Assembly (NCBI RefSeq): GCF_018977255.1
Contig: NW_024704743.1
Coordinates: 94,552,001-94,616,000, forward strand
DNA: 64,000 nt
Origin: Callorhinchus milii
Lineage: Eukaryota
Reading direction: 5' to 3'
The notes under the pieces are model-generated. The model was not told where the DNA came from. It saw nothing but the letters and a program-made list of their open reading frames with translations, and searched no databases. A program made the translations under genes and the position numbers. Positions 48,521 to 60,162 of this stretch are shown here, in pieces (the stretch's first letter is position 1; every line of letters begins with the position of its first letter).

Positions 48521-50587
48521 GGTAAGGTAATAATAATAATCATGGTAAGACGATGGATAGCTTGGATTTCAAGTCTGTTGATATTAGAAAGAAGAAAATG
48601 GTGAGGGATCTGTGGAATGAGACATTCCTACAGTTTTTAAATCTTGGGAAGAAATGATTAAGAGATGGTGTAATAAGTTTTGATTTAAGAAGGAATGTAT
48701 TTATGATTGTATATTTGGAGCATGGAAGGAACAAAAAAGGAAGAGTCAGAGGAACTACGATCATAATATTACTAAAACTGTAAACAAATATAAAAATTGT
48801 TGCAATGGAGAAGGCTACAGATGAGAAAAGTGTTACTTCTCATAGAACAAGAAAGGTGCTGGAAATCACATCACATTTGGAAGTAATATTTGAGCCTTGC
48901 AGGTCTTTGGACTTTATACATTGCTAAGAATTATTGATAGGAAAAGAAGTGTTTGGCACAAAAGGGAAAAATAGTCTCTTGGTGACAGTAAGCAGTGAAG
49001 GGAATGTGACACTTTACGATCAGAAAATAGAGTGAGACTAGGAATGTCAGTAGATGAAGCAGGAATCATCAAAGCTAGAGCTTGTTTAACTTTTGAGACT
49101 CACAAAACCATTTCTTCAGAAAATTGAAAAACATTTTTTTGATTGCCTCATAGAGGAAAACAAAGTTCAGTAATTCAACCATTACACATTGCGAGGAACT
49201 AAATTTGTGTGGACTTAGGGCATGCAAGCTTAAAGAAGGCGATGAACGGACAGTGAAATTAACATTACATTCAGGGGTGTTTCAACTTTCAGAAATGTGA
49301 AGTCTGCTCAAAAAAATGCAAAAGACTTGATTGTGTTCATAAGGAAGCTGTCATGAGGAAAATGTTGGCCAAGTTTAATCCACATCAGGTTGTGCTTCTC
49401 CCAGCTTCAGATTAAAGAAAAAAAAAGAGGCTAATACAGTAATATTTCAGGCAGGAATAGACGATTGGTCCATATACAAAATTACATTTGTATAGCGCCT
49501 TTCATGTCAGGAGGACACCCCAAGGTGCTTACCCATCCAACCACCAAAAAAGGTTCATCACATTTAGCTCATTGTCTAATAATCTTGAACTATTTTAATT
49601 TCCAGAAACTTATTTAGTTCTTTTCTTTTAAAATCCTGTACAGCCCCTTGTTTTTCCACCTTTGCTGGTAGTTTGTTCCCTGTGTCTATCACAGGTTTAC
49701 TAAAACAAGTTCTCCTGCACTTCCTATTTGTTTCCGTTGATCCTACTTGGAAGCTATGATATCTTGTTTTTGAATTTTGCACGTGGCATTAAAATGTATC
49801 CGCAGAATTTAGGTAACAGAGTTGTAACGAAAGGTCGTAGGAAAGTCAAGCTTTTTTTATAACTGTCCTATAATTAATCTAGTAGCCCTCTGCTCTACTC
49901 TCTCTGACAACTGAATGTCAGTTCTCAGCCCTGTGGGTCTCTAGATTTAAAAAAATATCCTTGCATTTCATATAGTATATTTCAAATCAGGAAGATGTTG
50001 TAAAGCACTTCACAGGATATACTCTGACATGCACTGGCGTTGTATTTTGTAGGTAATCGTGACAGCCAAGTTGTGCACAGCAAGGTCCCATTAACATCTA
50101 TAAAGTGAATGTCCAGTTTTATTTGGTTGTTGGTAAGGACACTGGAAGAGATTCCTTTCTCTTTTCAAGTAACATTTTCTGGTGTCCAGAATTTGACAAA
50201 TTCTTAAATACTTCCTTAATTTGAAATTGTTTTTCTGTACCTTCTTTTAAGAACTGCAAAAACGAACCACAAAGTTAAGACTTGATTCAGCAATTTGCTA
50301 AATTCTGAATGTTTGAAAATACTATATAAATCCAGACCCTGTGGATTTGTCCCAATTTGTCTTAATTGCTTGAGCGCTGTGGATGAGTTTGCTTATCTTG
50401 GTTGTTGTTAGGATAACTTGGCTACAGTACTGTTGCGGATTAATATTATAAGTAATAAAGTTCTTTGAGTAATTTTATTACTGTAAAATTGACATTGATA
50501 TCAGTGTTGCTGTGCACAAGCTGAAAATATACCGAACCTTTTCCACTTATTTTTTTCCTCCACTGCCAGTTTAGTTTTTTCCTTCAA

Positions 50588-50695
50588 TTCCCTCCCTCCC
50601 TCCCTCCCTCCCTCCCTCCCTCACTCACTCACTCACTCACTCACTCACTCACTCACTCACTCACTCACTCACTCACTCACTCCCTCACTCCCTCT
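50588..50695. repeat. Compound microsatellite (CCCT)n(CACT)n
   Basis: Directly visible. Confidence 0.95.
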
Positions 50696-51258
50696 TCTCC
50701 TGCAGGAATTTGACTCCTTGTTTTCGATTCCTGGGATATAACTTCACAAGCAACAATTGTTCTTTAGTATCTCTCCTTTATTTATGTATAAGCCTAGGCA
50801 TGTTTGTTGATAGACTATTTGACTGCAGGAGACATCACAGCTCGATCCTGTGCTTGCTCATCATCCATGCAGTTATCAGCAGTAGTCTTTGGATAGCAAT
50901 CAAGAGCACAAGTTTTAGCTGATTTTTTTTCCTTTCTGAGGACTGTTGAGACCATTGCTATGCCTTGGTTACATTCAGCTAACACTGAACATTGAAACAT
51001 CCAAACTGTATGGCTCAAAGCTTTCAAAGCCACACAAAAGGAGCTTTTTATTTGTTATTAATAGTAAGAATTTCAGTCCCGGAAGACATAAATAATAATA
51101 ATAATAAAATCCTTGACTGTCCAGCACCTTGGGACGTCCTCCCAATATGAAAGGCGCTATACAAATGTAATTTTGTATTGTAATAATAAATATGAAATGA
51201 AAAGGACAACCTTCTTGAGAAATTGTTTTCCTAAGTTGTTTTCTTCCTTTTTGTTTAG

Positions 51259-51371
51259 AGAATGAAAAGCCAACATCCTTGGGAAGCGGTATCATAGATT
51301 ATAATATGCCTATTACAATGGCTTATATGAAGCACATGAAGTTACAGTTGCTGAACTCGCACCAAGATGAG
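51259..51371 (+). CDS. NOL4: NOL4 coding exon 4 (ENEKPTSLGSGIIDYNMPITMAYMKHMKLQLLNSHQDE), 113 nt, phase 1-0
   Basis: Acceptor ttccttttttgtttag| and donor GAG|GTATAG. In frame with exon 3. IDYNMPITMAYMKHMKLQLLN matches NOL4 rather than its paralog NOL4L as I recall them. Confidence 0.93.
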
Positions 51372-51599
51372 GTATAGTATTTTGTTTTAAATGAAAATCG
51401 CATCCTTATGGACCACACAGTGGTAAATGTTAAGCATGACTATTTTTGAGGGTAGACCCCAGTAAATACAATATGTACATGTCATATAATGTTCTGTTTA
51501 ATTTTTATTTTGTTCTGGTGTAAAGATAATTGGTATTGCAGAGATTTCATTTTCTTGCAATAGTTATCAATCAAATTAAAGCATCTATGTGACCCAAGT

Positions 51600-52070
51600 T
51601 AACCTATTTCATTGTGTGGTGGGGGTGGGGGGGTGGACATATAAGAAGGTCTCCTTGGAGCTGAGCTGGCTCTAAGGTGATATGCCTGGTAATGGAATAC
51701 TGGAATTGAGTTGATCCTCTATGATGGTTCGGTAGCCAGTCCCTGAGGTAAGTAGGTCGGCAGTACTCCAGGGCACTGCTGATGACAGAGCCATCAGTCT
51801 ACCTGATCAGCAAGACCTGGAGGGGTAGGGATTGGTGACTGGGGGCAAGGATTCTTTCCACTCAGCTTCTGTTAATCCTGCGAGTCAAAGCCCTAACAGT
51901 TAGGGTGGTCCTGGCCGGACAAGCAGCGGGAAGCTTGCCAGACAGTGCTCTCAATGGCAAGCAATGCCATTTTAACTGGTTAAACTCCACCAGTACCCCA
52001 ATGAATGCTATGGGGTCTCTTAGTCTTGTCTCTGCCAAGCTGTCCCTAATACTTTCTGGAATTAAGTAGG
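51600..52070. repeat. Second copy of the unclassified dispersed repeat (opposite orientation to 5830-6240)
   Basis: ggattctttccactc...agcttgccagacagtgctctcaatg...ctggttaaactc. Confidence 0.75.
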
Positions 52071-54094
52071 TATTTTGGCAATTTTCATCCATAGAAAATT
52101 TGAAAGAAAAGGCTGGTGTTTATCAATGATATTTCATGGTCACTGACAATACATCTATAATGGGGTTCCTGTAGCCCTGACCTGATGTCTGTTGGGGGTG
52201 GGGTGAGGGGGAGGCTTGATCCTCAGCAGCTTGATTGAAGTAGGATCAAGAAATGCATCACAGGAGGAACTTATTTCGCTCATCAAGCCAATATTGGCAC
52301 ATGTTTCACTGGAGCTGGATTCCCTGATGCCCTGCTCTTTCCCCTTATCCTTTGGTAAAGCAAAATCTGATTTTTTTTCGAGACACAGAAAAGCCAATTA
52401 ACCTACAGTATGGTTGGTCCACACAAATGAAATGCAATTGTTGTGGGCAGTAGAAAAGAGCCCAGGATTATAGTCGCATGTTTTTTCAGTGGCATATGGC
52501 CAGGGAGCCAGATGCTATCCACAGGTCACTTAAAGGTGGAGCAGCAAACCCTTGGCTGAAGTAGGACTGAAGGAGTTGAGTGACATTCAGTCCTTCATAT
52601 TACTAGAGATTCTCTCATAAGGCTTTGCCTGGAAACAAAGCTTTATCCATTCAGCCAATCACTCTTTGCCAGATAGCTTCTCTCCAGACTTGCCTAGTGA
52701 CTAGCTTTATTCCAGACTCATTGCTATGGCAAAAGAAATGAGCAGCAAAGCACACTAACGGAGATGGCTTGGAGCCAAGGACAATAAGGCTCTTTGACTT
52801 TTACATTATCTTTAAATTGTCTTCATCTGTGTTATTGAGCACAGTAGAAGTCTCCTTGCCTCTCCAGCTGAGATAAACATAATATAAAGCACAGTATTTA
52901 AAATAACCTTATTCTCCAGCATTTCTTTTGAGCTTTTGAGTGATAAATATTCACACCATACACTTCTCATCCTTCGAAAGTCTCATTGCCAAGCAGAACT
53001 TCTTGACCAATTGCATCATTAGACATGGTATAAAATGTTGTCCACTACTTCAAGTTATTTACGTGATTTTACCATAAATGTGCTTGATATAAAATGTGAA
53101 AACATTTGCTTTTTGATTTGTTTCATTATAAAAGGATTGTGTATTTTTCACATTAATTAATGGAATATCTTTGTACCACTAGTCTAGCATTACGTGATGA
53201 CTTGAGATACTTCAGTGGACACATGTTTCTGTTTCCTTTTTTCAGCATGGACTATGTTACACTATGAATTTATAATTGAAATCAATGTGAAAAATGATGT
53301 ATTGGGCATCACTCTACATGAGAGCTATACCATTAATACAATTTGGCAACAGTTAGGCAGTCATTTAGCTATTCCATAAATATTGTTTTAATATTGAATT
53401 TTAAATGGACACTTATTTTTCTGCCAATATATAAAATTGATGTTTAAAATGAGACTAAACTGTTTATGAAACTTGCATAATTTGGTAAACTCCTTGAAGC
53501 ACAGCACAGGGTTACTATAATACACATTATCTTTCTCTTTGTTGTATGGATTTTTTATGTGACTGTGTTTTGGGTGATTTTTAAGGTGGGAATGACAGTG
53601 CTGGGATATGGAAATTATATAATCTAGTATACAGTGTGAAACAGTCCTAAGAATCTTATTTTATCCTCCCCTAATACAGGCTCATCTGGCTGTCTCTTAA
53701 TAACCCAGTACCCTCTGCATCCAGCAGAAGTGTTTCAATAGAAGCACTATTACCTCCCAGTATTGCTACTGCTGTGTGCATGTGGGTTAAAAGTCTGTAG
53801 TTATTTTTGCATCATTGCACCAAAAAGAAAATTATACCCACTGTTTGTGTAGTCCATTTCAGAAGGGCTCGCTATTGCACCAGTTTAATGTTTTCATTTC
53901 TCACACAATATATCTTCATGAATTCTCCCCAAAAGCGATTTCCCAACATATTTGTGCCATGTTGTTGGTGAAGTTGATTGGATTTATTTGCTGGGAAACC
54001 TTATAGGTGAAATTACTTGCATAAAACCACTGTCACTTACCATAGAGAGGACCTTTTCATCTCAACTGCTTTCAGTAATGTAAACCAAGAAGTA

Positions 54095-55250
54095 AAACAA
54101 CAACTTACATTTATATAGTGCCCGTCATGCAGAGTAGAGTCTCGGAATGTTTAACAGTGGTAAAGCTGGATGCTGAGCTGGGGAAGGAGAGGAGGTGACC
54201 ATTAGCACAGTTGAAGAAGAAGATCTGAAAATGAAAAAGAGGGGGCAAGCCAGAGGGATTGAGTGAGAAAGAGTTCCAAAATTTTGGGATGTAATGGCTG
54301 AAGGCACGGCCACTGATGGTGGACCGGAGGGGACGAAGGTCAAGCATAGGCTCGCTAAATCCCTCTATGGTCTTCCCCCACCCTACCTCTGCAACCTCCT
54401 CCTTTCAACATTCTGAAAAGTTTTGAGATATTAAATAATCAAAAATTATTCATATATATATTATGAAAAGTAAAGTGGAATATTTTACGTTGTTTGCTTG
54501 TTCTCACTGCATTCATAGCTATCCAGAGTTTTCTTTAAAAGAAGTAAAATCGACAATGCCAACAACATTCAAGGTAATGCTTTATAACAATAACAACATT
54601 ACATTTGTAAAGCGCCTTTCATGTCGGGAGGACGTCCCAAGGCGCTGAACAGTCAGGGATCAACACCTGAGGGTGGGGGGCCGGGTTGGGATGAGGGAGG
54701 GAGAGGGTATAGGAGGGCGGCTGAAGGCAAGGTCAAAGAGGTGGGTCTTGAGTCATGCCTTGAAGGAGACAAGAGAAGGAGCAAGGCGATGGGATTGTGG
54801 GATGAAGTTCCAAATAGTGGGGACAAAGAGGCCGAAGGCCCGGTTGCCAATGGTAGGGCGGGTTGGGCGGTGACGTGGAGCCAGCCGGAGCCTGCTGAGC
54901 GGAGGGAGCAGACAGATTGATAGGGGGTCAGCAGGTCAGAAGGGGCAAGGCCGTGGAGGGGCTTGAAAGTGAGGACGAGGATTGTGAACTCTACCCTCTG
55001 AGGGATGGGGAGCCAGTGGAGCCGGTGTGATGGGGTCATGGAGCATGGTGTGCGACGGGACACGAGCTGCAGAGTTCTGGATGATCTGCAGCTTGTGGAG
55101 GGAAGAGTTGGAGAGGCCGACGAGCAGGGAGTTTCCTCAGTTGAGCCTTGAGGTGACGAATGCATTATGAGGGTTTTGGCGGTCTGAGGGGTGAGGCAGT
55201 GGTGAGGTCTGGCAATGTTACGGAGGTGGGGGAAGGCATGGCTATGGATG
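54095..55250 (-). mobile_element. Two L2 3' fragments (54095-54350, 54585-55250)
   Basis: (CAA)n tails; [24 protein letters not shown] motif. Confidence 0.85.
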
Positions 55251-55859
55251 AGAAAGGACAGTTGAGTCGAACAATAACAGGGTGGAAAATGAAATGAAAA
55301 AGTACACAGTGCAGAAAGGCAATCAATGTAATGTTTGTGATACATTTTTGTGGAGTTTCTCCGATTTATCTTTCATAGAAAATATATCTTTGAGGCTTGG
55401 ATGATTATGATACTGTTCAAAGTTAGGACTGTCAGAATTGAAATACACAACGCAGGTTATTTCTCCTCTTCAAGCTATTCAAAGGTGACAAATATATTTT
55501 TTTCTACATTAACTATCTTGAATATCCTTTATACCAGAAATAATTTCTACCATTAGGATATCATAATTTACAGGTTTAGAAAGAGTATTGACATCTCAAA
55601 ATTAACAAAAGACTGCAACCCATGAAGCTAATAAGTCTTCAGGGACAAATAACTGAGTTGCAATTTTGTATTAATTGCTGGTTGAGTGAATTACAGATGC
55701 ATATTTCCATAATTAATGACTGTTCAATGGAATGTCCGCGTTTTCTGAGATATTTGCTTTTTATGTTGACAATGCTGACAGCATCTAACCACTTGGATGC
55801 ACACTCCACCTCGTGGAACCTCAGTGTCCTTTGAACCTGACATTTGTGCTTAGATATGC

Positions 55860-56560
55860 TTAGCTTTCCCCCATCTCCATAACATTGCCCGCCTTCATCT
55901 CGCCTCGGCTGCCAAAACCATAATCCGCACATTGATCATGTCCAAGGATAGATTACGCCAACTCCCTGCTCACTGGACTACTCGCTTCTTCCATTCAGAC
56001 TATCCAGAACTCTGAAGCTTGTGTCCTTCCCTGCATGAGTTCTGTGAGCTTAACAGCACCCCCCCCCACCCCCCATCCTCGCCAGGCTCCACTGGCTCCC
56101 GCTTCCCCCAATAGATCGAGTTCAAGATCCTCATCCTATCCATTAAATCCCTCCACAGTCTTCCCCCACCCTACCTCTGCAACCTCCTCCTAATGGAGGT
56201 CTTCAAAATTCGGAAAAGTATTGAAAGGTTAAATAATCTAAAAATATTCTCTCTATTTTGCAAAATGGGAACAAGGAGCATAGATGAATATTGTGACTAC
56301 AAGAGTTAAAGGCGAAGTTAGAAGATTCTTTCATGTGGAGAGTTGTTATAACATAGGATGCTTTGCACAAGGGACTGTTGAAGCTAAGCCCATAAACCAT
56401 TTAAAAGGATTGAATTAATATTTGAAGACAGACAATATAATGTAGAAGGGTCCTGGGAAACAGCAGGAAAGTCACATTAGAGTGTGTAGCTCCAGTGGAG
56501 GAGCTAACATCAATTCCATGAGCGGAATGGCGTCCTTCTATGCTGCAATTTCCATGATTC
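55860..56560 (+). mobile_element. Old L2 fragment (55860-56192) joined to an old CR1 3' end (56195-56560)
   Basis: ctccactggctccc...ttcaagatcctcatcc (L2); gaggtcttcaaaatt...gaatggcgtccttctatgctg (CR1 3'). Confidence 0.7.
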
Positions 56561-57142
56561 CTTTTCAGCATTGATTAAGTGCAAAGAATCGAAAGTACAT
56601 TCCTTACCTGGGTTAATGAGTAAGGAAGCTCAACTACAATGGATAGATGAGAGGAATGATGAAATAGTGAAATATTAATATGCTGAGCCAGAAACCATTC
56701 AAGATAAACATTCTTTGCTGTTCCATCAGTTCTTTTGTTCAAGTACACAATGGATGATTTAACTTTTCTGTGTTTATCCTTAACTGGTGCTGTCACTCTC
56801 TGTAACAAGACAAAATTATGTCTTTGTACTTTTAAGTTAATCGCAAGTCAAAAAAATTCATCTACTTCCCTCTACAGGTATACTTTGCCATTTTTATCAT
56901 AAGCATTTTCTTTTCTTCATGGGGCACCTTTTCTTCCTCAGCTAAGATGCAGTGAACGTAGAAAACATAGACTTGGCAACAGGAATAGTTGGGAGTGAAG
57001 AAGGGGAAATGTTTTGAGTGATCAGTCCTGCTCAGACTTTAATTTAGTGTGAAAATAATTTGTACCATTTACAGTGATATCAAGTTGATATCTGTCAATA
57101 CCAAATCAAAGTTTCCCTCTTGTTACTGTGTGTTTAAAATAT

Positions 57143-57722
57143 TAATAATAATAATAATAATAATAATCCTTGCATTTGATATAGCGCTTTTCACGTCGGG
57201 AGGACGTCCCAAAGCGCTTCACAGAACACACTGTAAAGTGAATTGACTGTATATTTGTGGGCGAACGCGGCAGCCAATTGCGCACAGCAATGTCCCACAA
57301 ACAGTCGTAGATTGAAAAATGACCAATTTAATTATTGTTTTTGGTTTTTTGGAGGGATTATTATTAGGCGTGTGGAGTAAGGAAACTTGCCCAAGGTTTC
57401 GCCCTGCCTGGAAATGAACTCAGGTCTCTCACTTGCAAAGCGAGTGCTCTAACCACTGAGCTACAGGACTCCATAATATAATCCTTACATTTGATACAGC
57501 ATCTTATCACATCTGAAAACACTGAAAAAGTGAATTGACGGTATATTTTGTAGACGAAACGCAGCAGCCAATTTCACGCAGCAGTGTCCCACAAACAGTC
57601 GTGGATTGAGTGACCAAATTTTTTTTGAAGGAAACTTGCCCATAGTTTCGCCCTGCCTGGGAATCAAACCAAGTCCTCTTGCTTGCAAGGCAAGTGCTGT
57701 AACTACTGAGCTACAGAACTCC
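57143..57722 (-). mobile_element. Two tandem tRNA-Ala SINEs (57143-57472 full length; 57475-57722 internally deleted)
   Basis: Two heads (accactgagctacaggactcc and actactgagctacagaactcc) and an (AAT)n tail. Confidence 0.9.
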
Positions 57723-57914
57723 ACAGTGATAGGACACTACATTTTGAAATCTAATAACAAAAAATCTAAGCCTTTTGAAATGAATGTAACTCGTTTCACC
57801 CTGCAGAGATGCACAGAATTAAGTTACATTATTCAACAAAAAGCAGCTTCATTGGAATTAAGTGCAACATTGATAGTTTCCAGAGTTGGAAATACAGTGG
57901 AGATCATGGCCCTT

Positions 57915-58140
57915 TCCCCCATTTTCAAACTACTGCCCCATCTCCAACCTCCCTTTCCTCTCCAAGGTCCTGGAACGAGTCGTTGCTTCCCAGCTTCGCT
58001 ACTTCCTCTTCTGCCACTCCCTTCACAAACCCCTCCCATTGGGTTTCCAGCTTGGGTCCAAAACACTGACTGTCCAGCGCCTTGGGACGTCCTCCTGACG
58101 TGAAAGGCGATATATAAATATAATTTTGTTGTTGTTGTTC
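57915..58140 (+). mobile_element. L2 fragment with a large internal deletion
   Basis: [23 protein letters not shown] joined directly to the 3' stem-loop and (TTG)n tail. Confidence 0.8.
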
Positions 58141-59334
58141 AGAAGACAGGTTCCTCAGTGATGATCGTTAAGTTTAAGAAAAAATAATTGAAATGTTTAT
58201 AATAAAAAAAGGATATTGTACAAATTCTGAAATAGGTTTCATCCTGACATAGGTCTTAATACTCATCATTTTTCGACCTTCTGGAGATTCTCGCCACCAA
58301 TAACAATACAGTGATAATTTATGTTTATTTTGTGCCTTTCATGTAGAGAGGACATCTCAAAGCATTTTACACAACAGATTTAAAGCCTGAGCTGGGGACA
58401 GGTGGGGAGGACATCTCTAAGGATTTTTCTTATTTGACATTGCTTAGAGCACATCAGTATAAGGTGGAGGTGACCACTTGTATTAACATTGCACGAGTCA
58501 TTCTGCTTGCAAACAAGGAAATATACGAGGGGAGCTATTCCCGACATCTCAGTAAATTTACTGATCAATGTGGCAAGTACATGTTGTTTTCCACTTGTGG
58601 GTAAATTGCTAAACTTGGCATATTATTTTGAGATTGTCCCATAAAAAGTAGTGCCAGTAAATTCATTGTTAACTGTAGAATATAATGTTTTTGTCTTGGG
58701 GGGTCGCTAAATTTACTTATAATCATAATAATCCTTGCATTTGATACAACGCTTTATCACGTCATTGAGACGTCTCAAAGCGCTTCACAGAATATACTGT
58801 AAAGTGAATTGACTGTATATTTTGTGGGCAAAATGCAGAAGCCAATTGCGCACAGCGGTGTCCCATGGTTGTGGATTGAGTGACAAAATTATTATTTTTT
58901 ATAGGGAGAGATTATTAAATAATATTATTAAATAAATTATTAAATTATAAAAATAATTTAAAAAATGTAAAATGTCTGAACAAGTTTTATTAATTTATCG
59001 TGTGTAAAATGGAATTAATTTGGATGGGTTTGTTTGAAGTTTTATTTTAATTCGTTCATTTGGGGGTCCCCAGATGCAGTTTTATGGGCCACTATAGTAT
59101 CTACTATCCACCATCTGAAATGCTGTACTCTGTCAGGGCCTTGGGACATTCTCCCGATGTGAAAGGTGCTATACAAATGTAATCTTGTTGTTGTTGTGAA
59201 GGCTCAGACCTATGCTTGCCAGATGTCTGATGACCAATTAGTGATTATCCGGCAGGAAGGGGTGTAAGCATGGTCTGCTTGTGGTTGAACTGGCTTGAAA
59301 GAGTGTTGTATACAGCAATAGAATATCAGTATGT

Positions 59335-59582
59335 GGAGTCCTGTAGCTCAGTGGTTAGAGCATTCGCCTCACAAGCGAAACACCTGTGTTCGATTCCCGA
59401 CAGGGCGAAACCTTGGGCAAGTTTCCTTACTCCACACTCCTGATAATAATCCCTGAAGAAAAAAAATAATAATTTGGGCACTTAATCAACGACTGTTTGT
59501 CATTGTGCCCTTTCTAGAAGACGAGTGCCCTTTCTAGACAACTTGAAAAGCGCTATATCAAATGCAAGGATTATTATTATTA
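59335..59582 (+). mobile_element. tRNA-SINE with internal deletion and a short duplication (gtgccctttctaga x2)
   Basis: Head ggagtcctgtagctcagtggttagagc; tail gcgctatatcaaatgcaaggattattattat. Confidence 0.88.
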
Positions 59583-59739
59583 CCCCCAGAAAGATAAGTA
59601 ATAATATGCTCTGTTAACCAGGGATAGTATATTTTCTGATAGGTGAAGAATAATATGGTGTCTCATCACTGAATGCAAATTTTCAGATAAGCAGAATAAT
59701 GTCCAATAGGAGTGTGTATGTGTGTGTGTGTATACATAC

Positions 59740-60120
59740 ATAACAACAACAAAGTTATATTTGTATCACGCCTTTCACGTCGGGAGGATATCCCAAAACG
59801 CTGGACAGACAGAGTTACGGATCCGAGCTGGGGGTCAGGGTGGGGGAGGGTGGAGGGCAAGGGGGGAAATAGGGAGATCGAGGTGGCGAGGGAGGGGGTG
59901 AGACGGAGGAACTGCGGGATGGAGTTCCAGAGGGTGGGTGCAGAGTGGCGGAAGACCCGCCTACCGATAGTGGGGCGAGCAAGGCGGGGGACGTGAAGCG
60001 GACTGTAGCCCGCTGAGAGGAGGGAGCGAACAGGGTGGTAGGGAGTTATGAGGTTGGAGAGGTAGGGGGGAGCAAGACCATGGAGGGCTTTGAAGGTGAG
60101 GACCAGGATCTTGAACTTGA
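59740..60120 (-). mobile_element. L2 3' fragment
   Basis: FKILVLTFKALHGLAPPYLS motif and (CAA)n tail. Confidence 0.88.
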
Positions 60121-60162
60121 ACACATACAGTAAATGAGATTTTTGGGGGATTTAATTTCATG

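Noticed and set aside
51776..51812. Hammerhead or C/D-box snoRNA from CTGATGA...CTGA
   Set aside because: No GAAA/stem III geometry, box spacing is too short, and CTGATGA is sequestered in a stem in the other copies.
59335..59410. Bona fide tRNA genes at the SINE heads
   Set aside because: Each continues into a shared SINE body and (ATT)n tail, and the copies are divergent.
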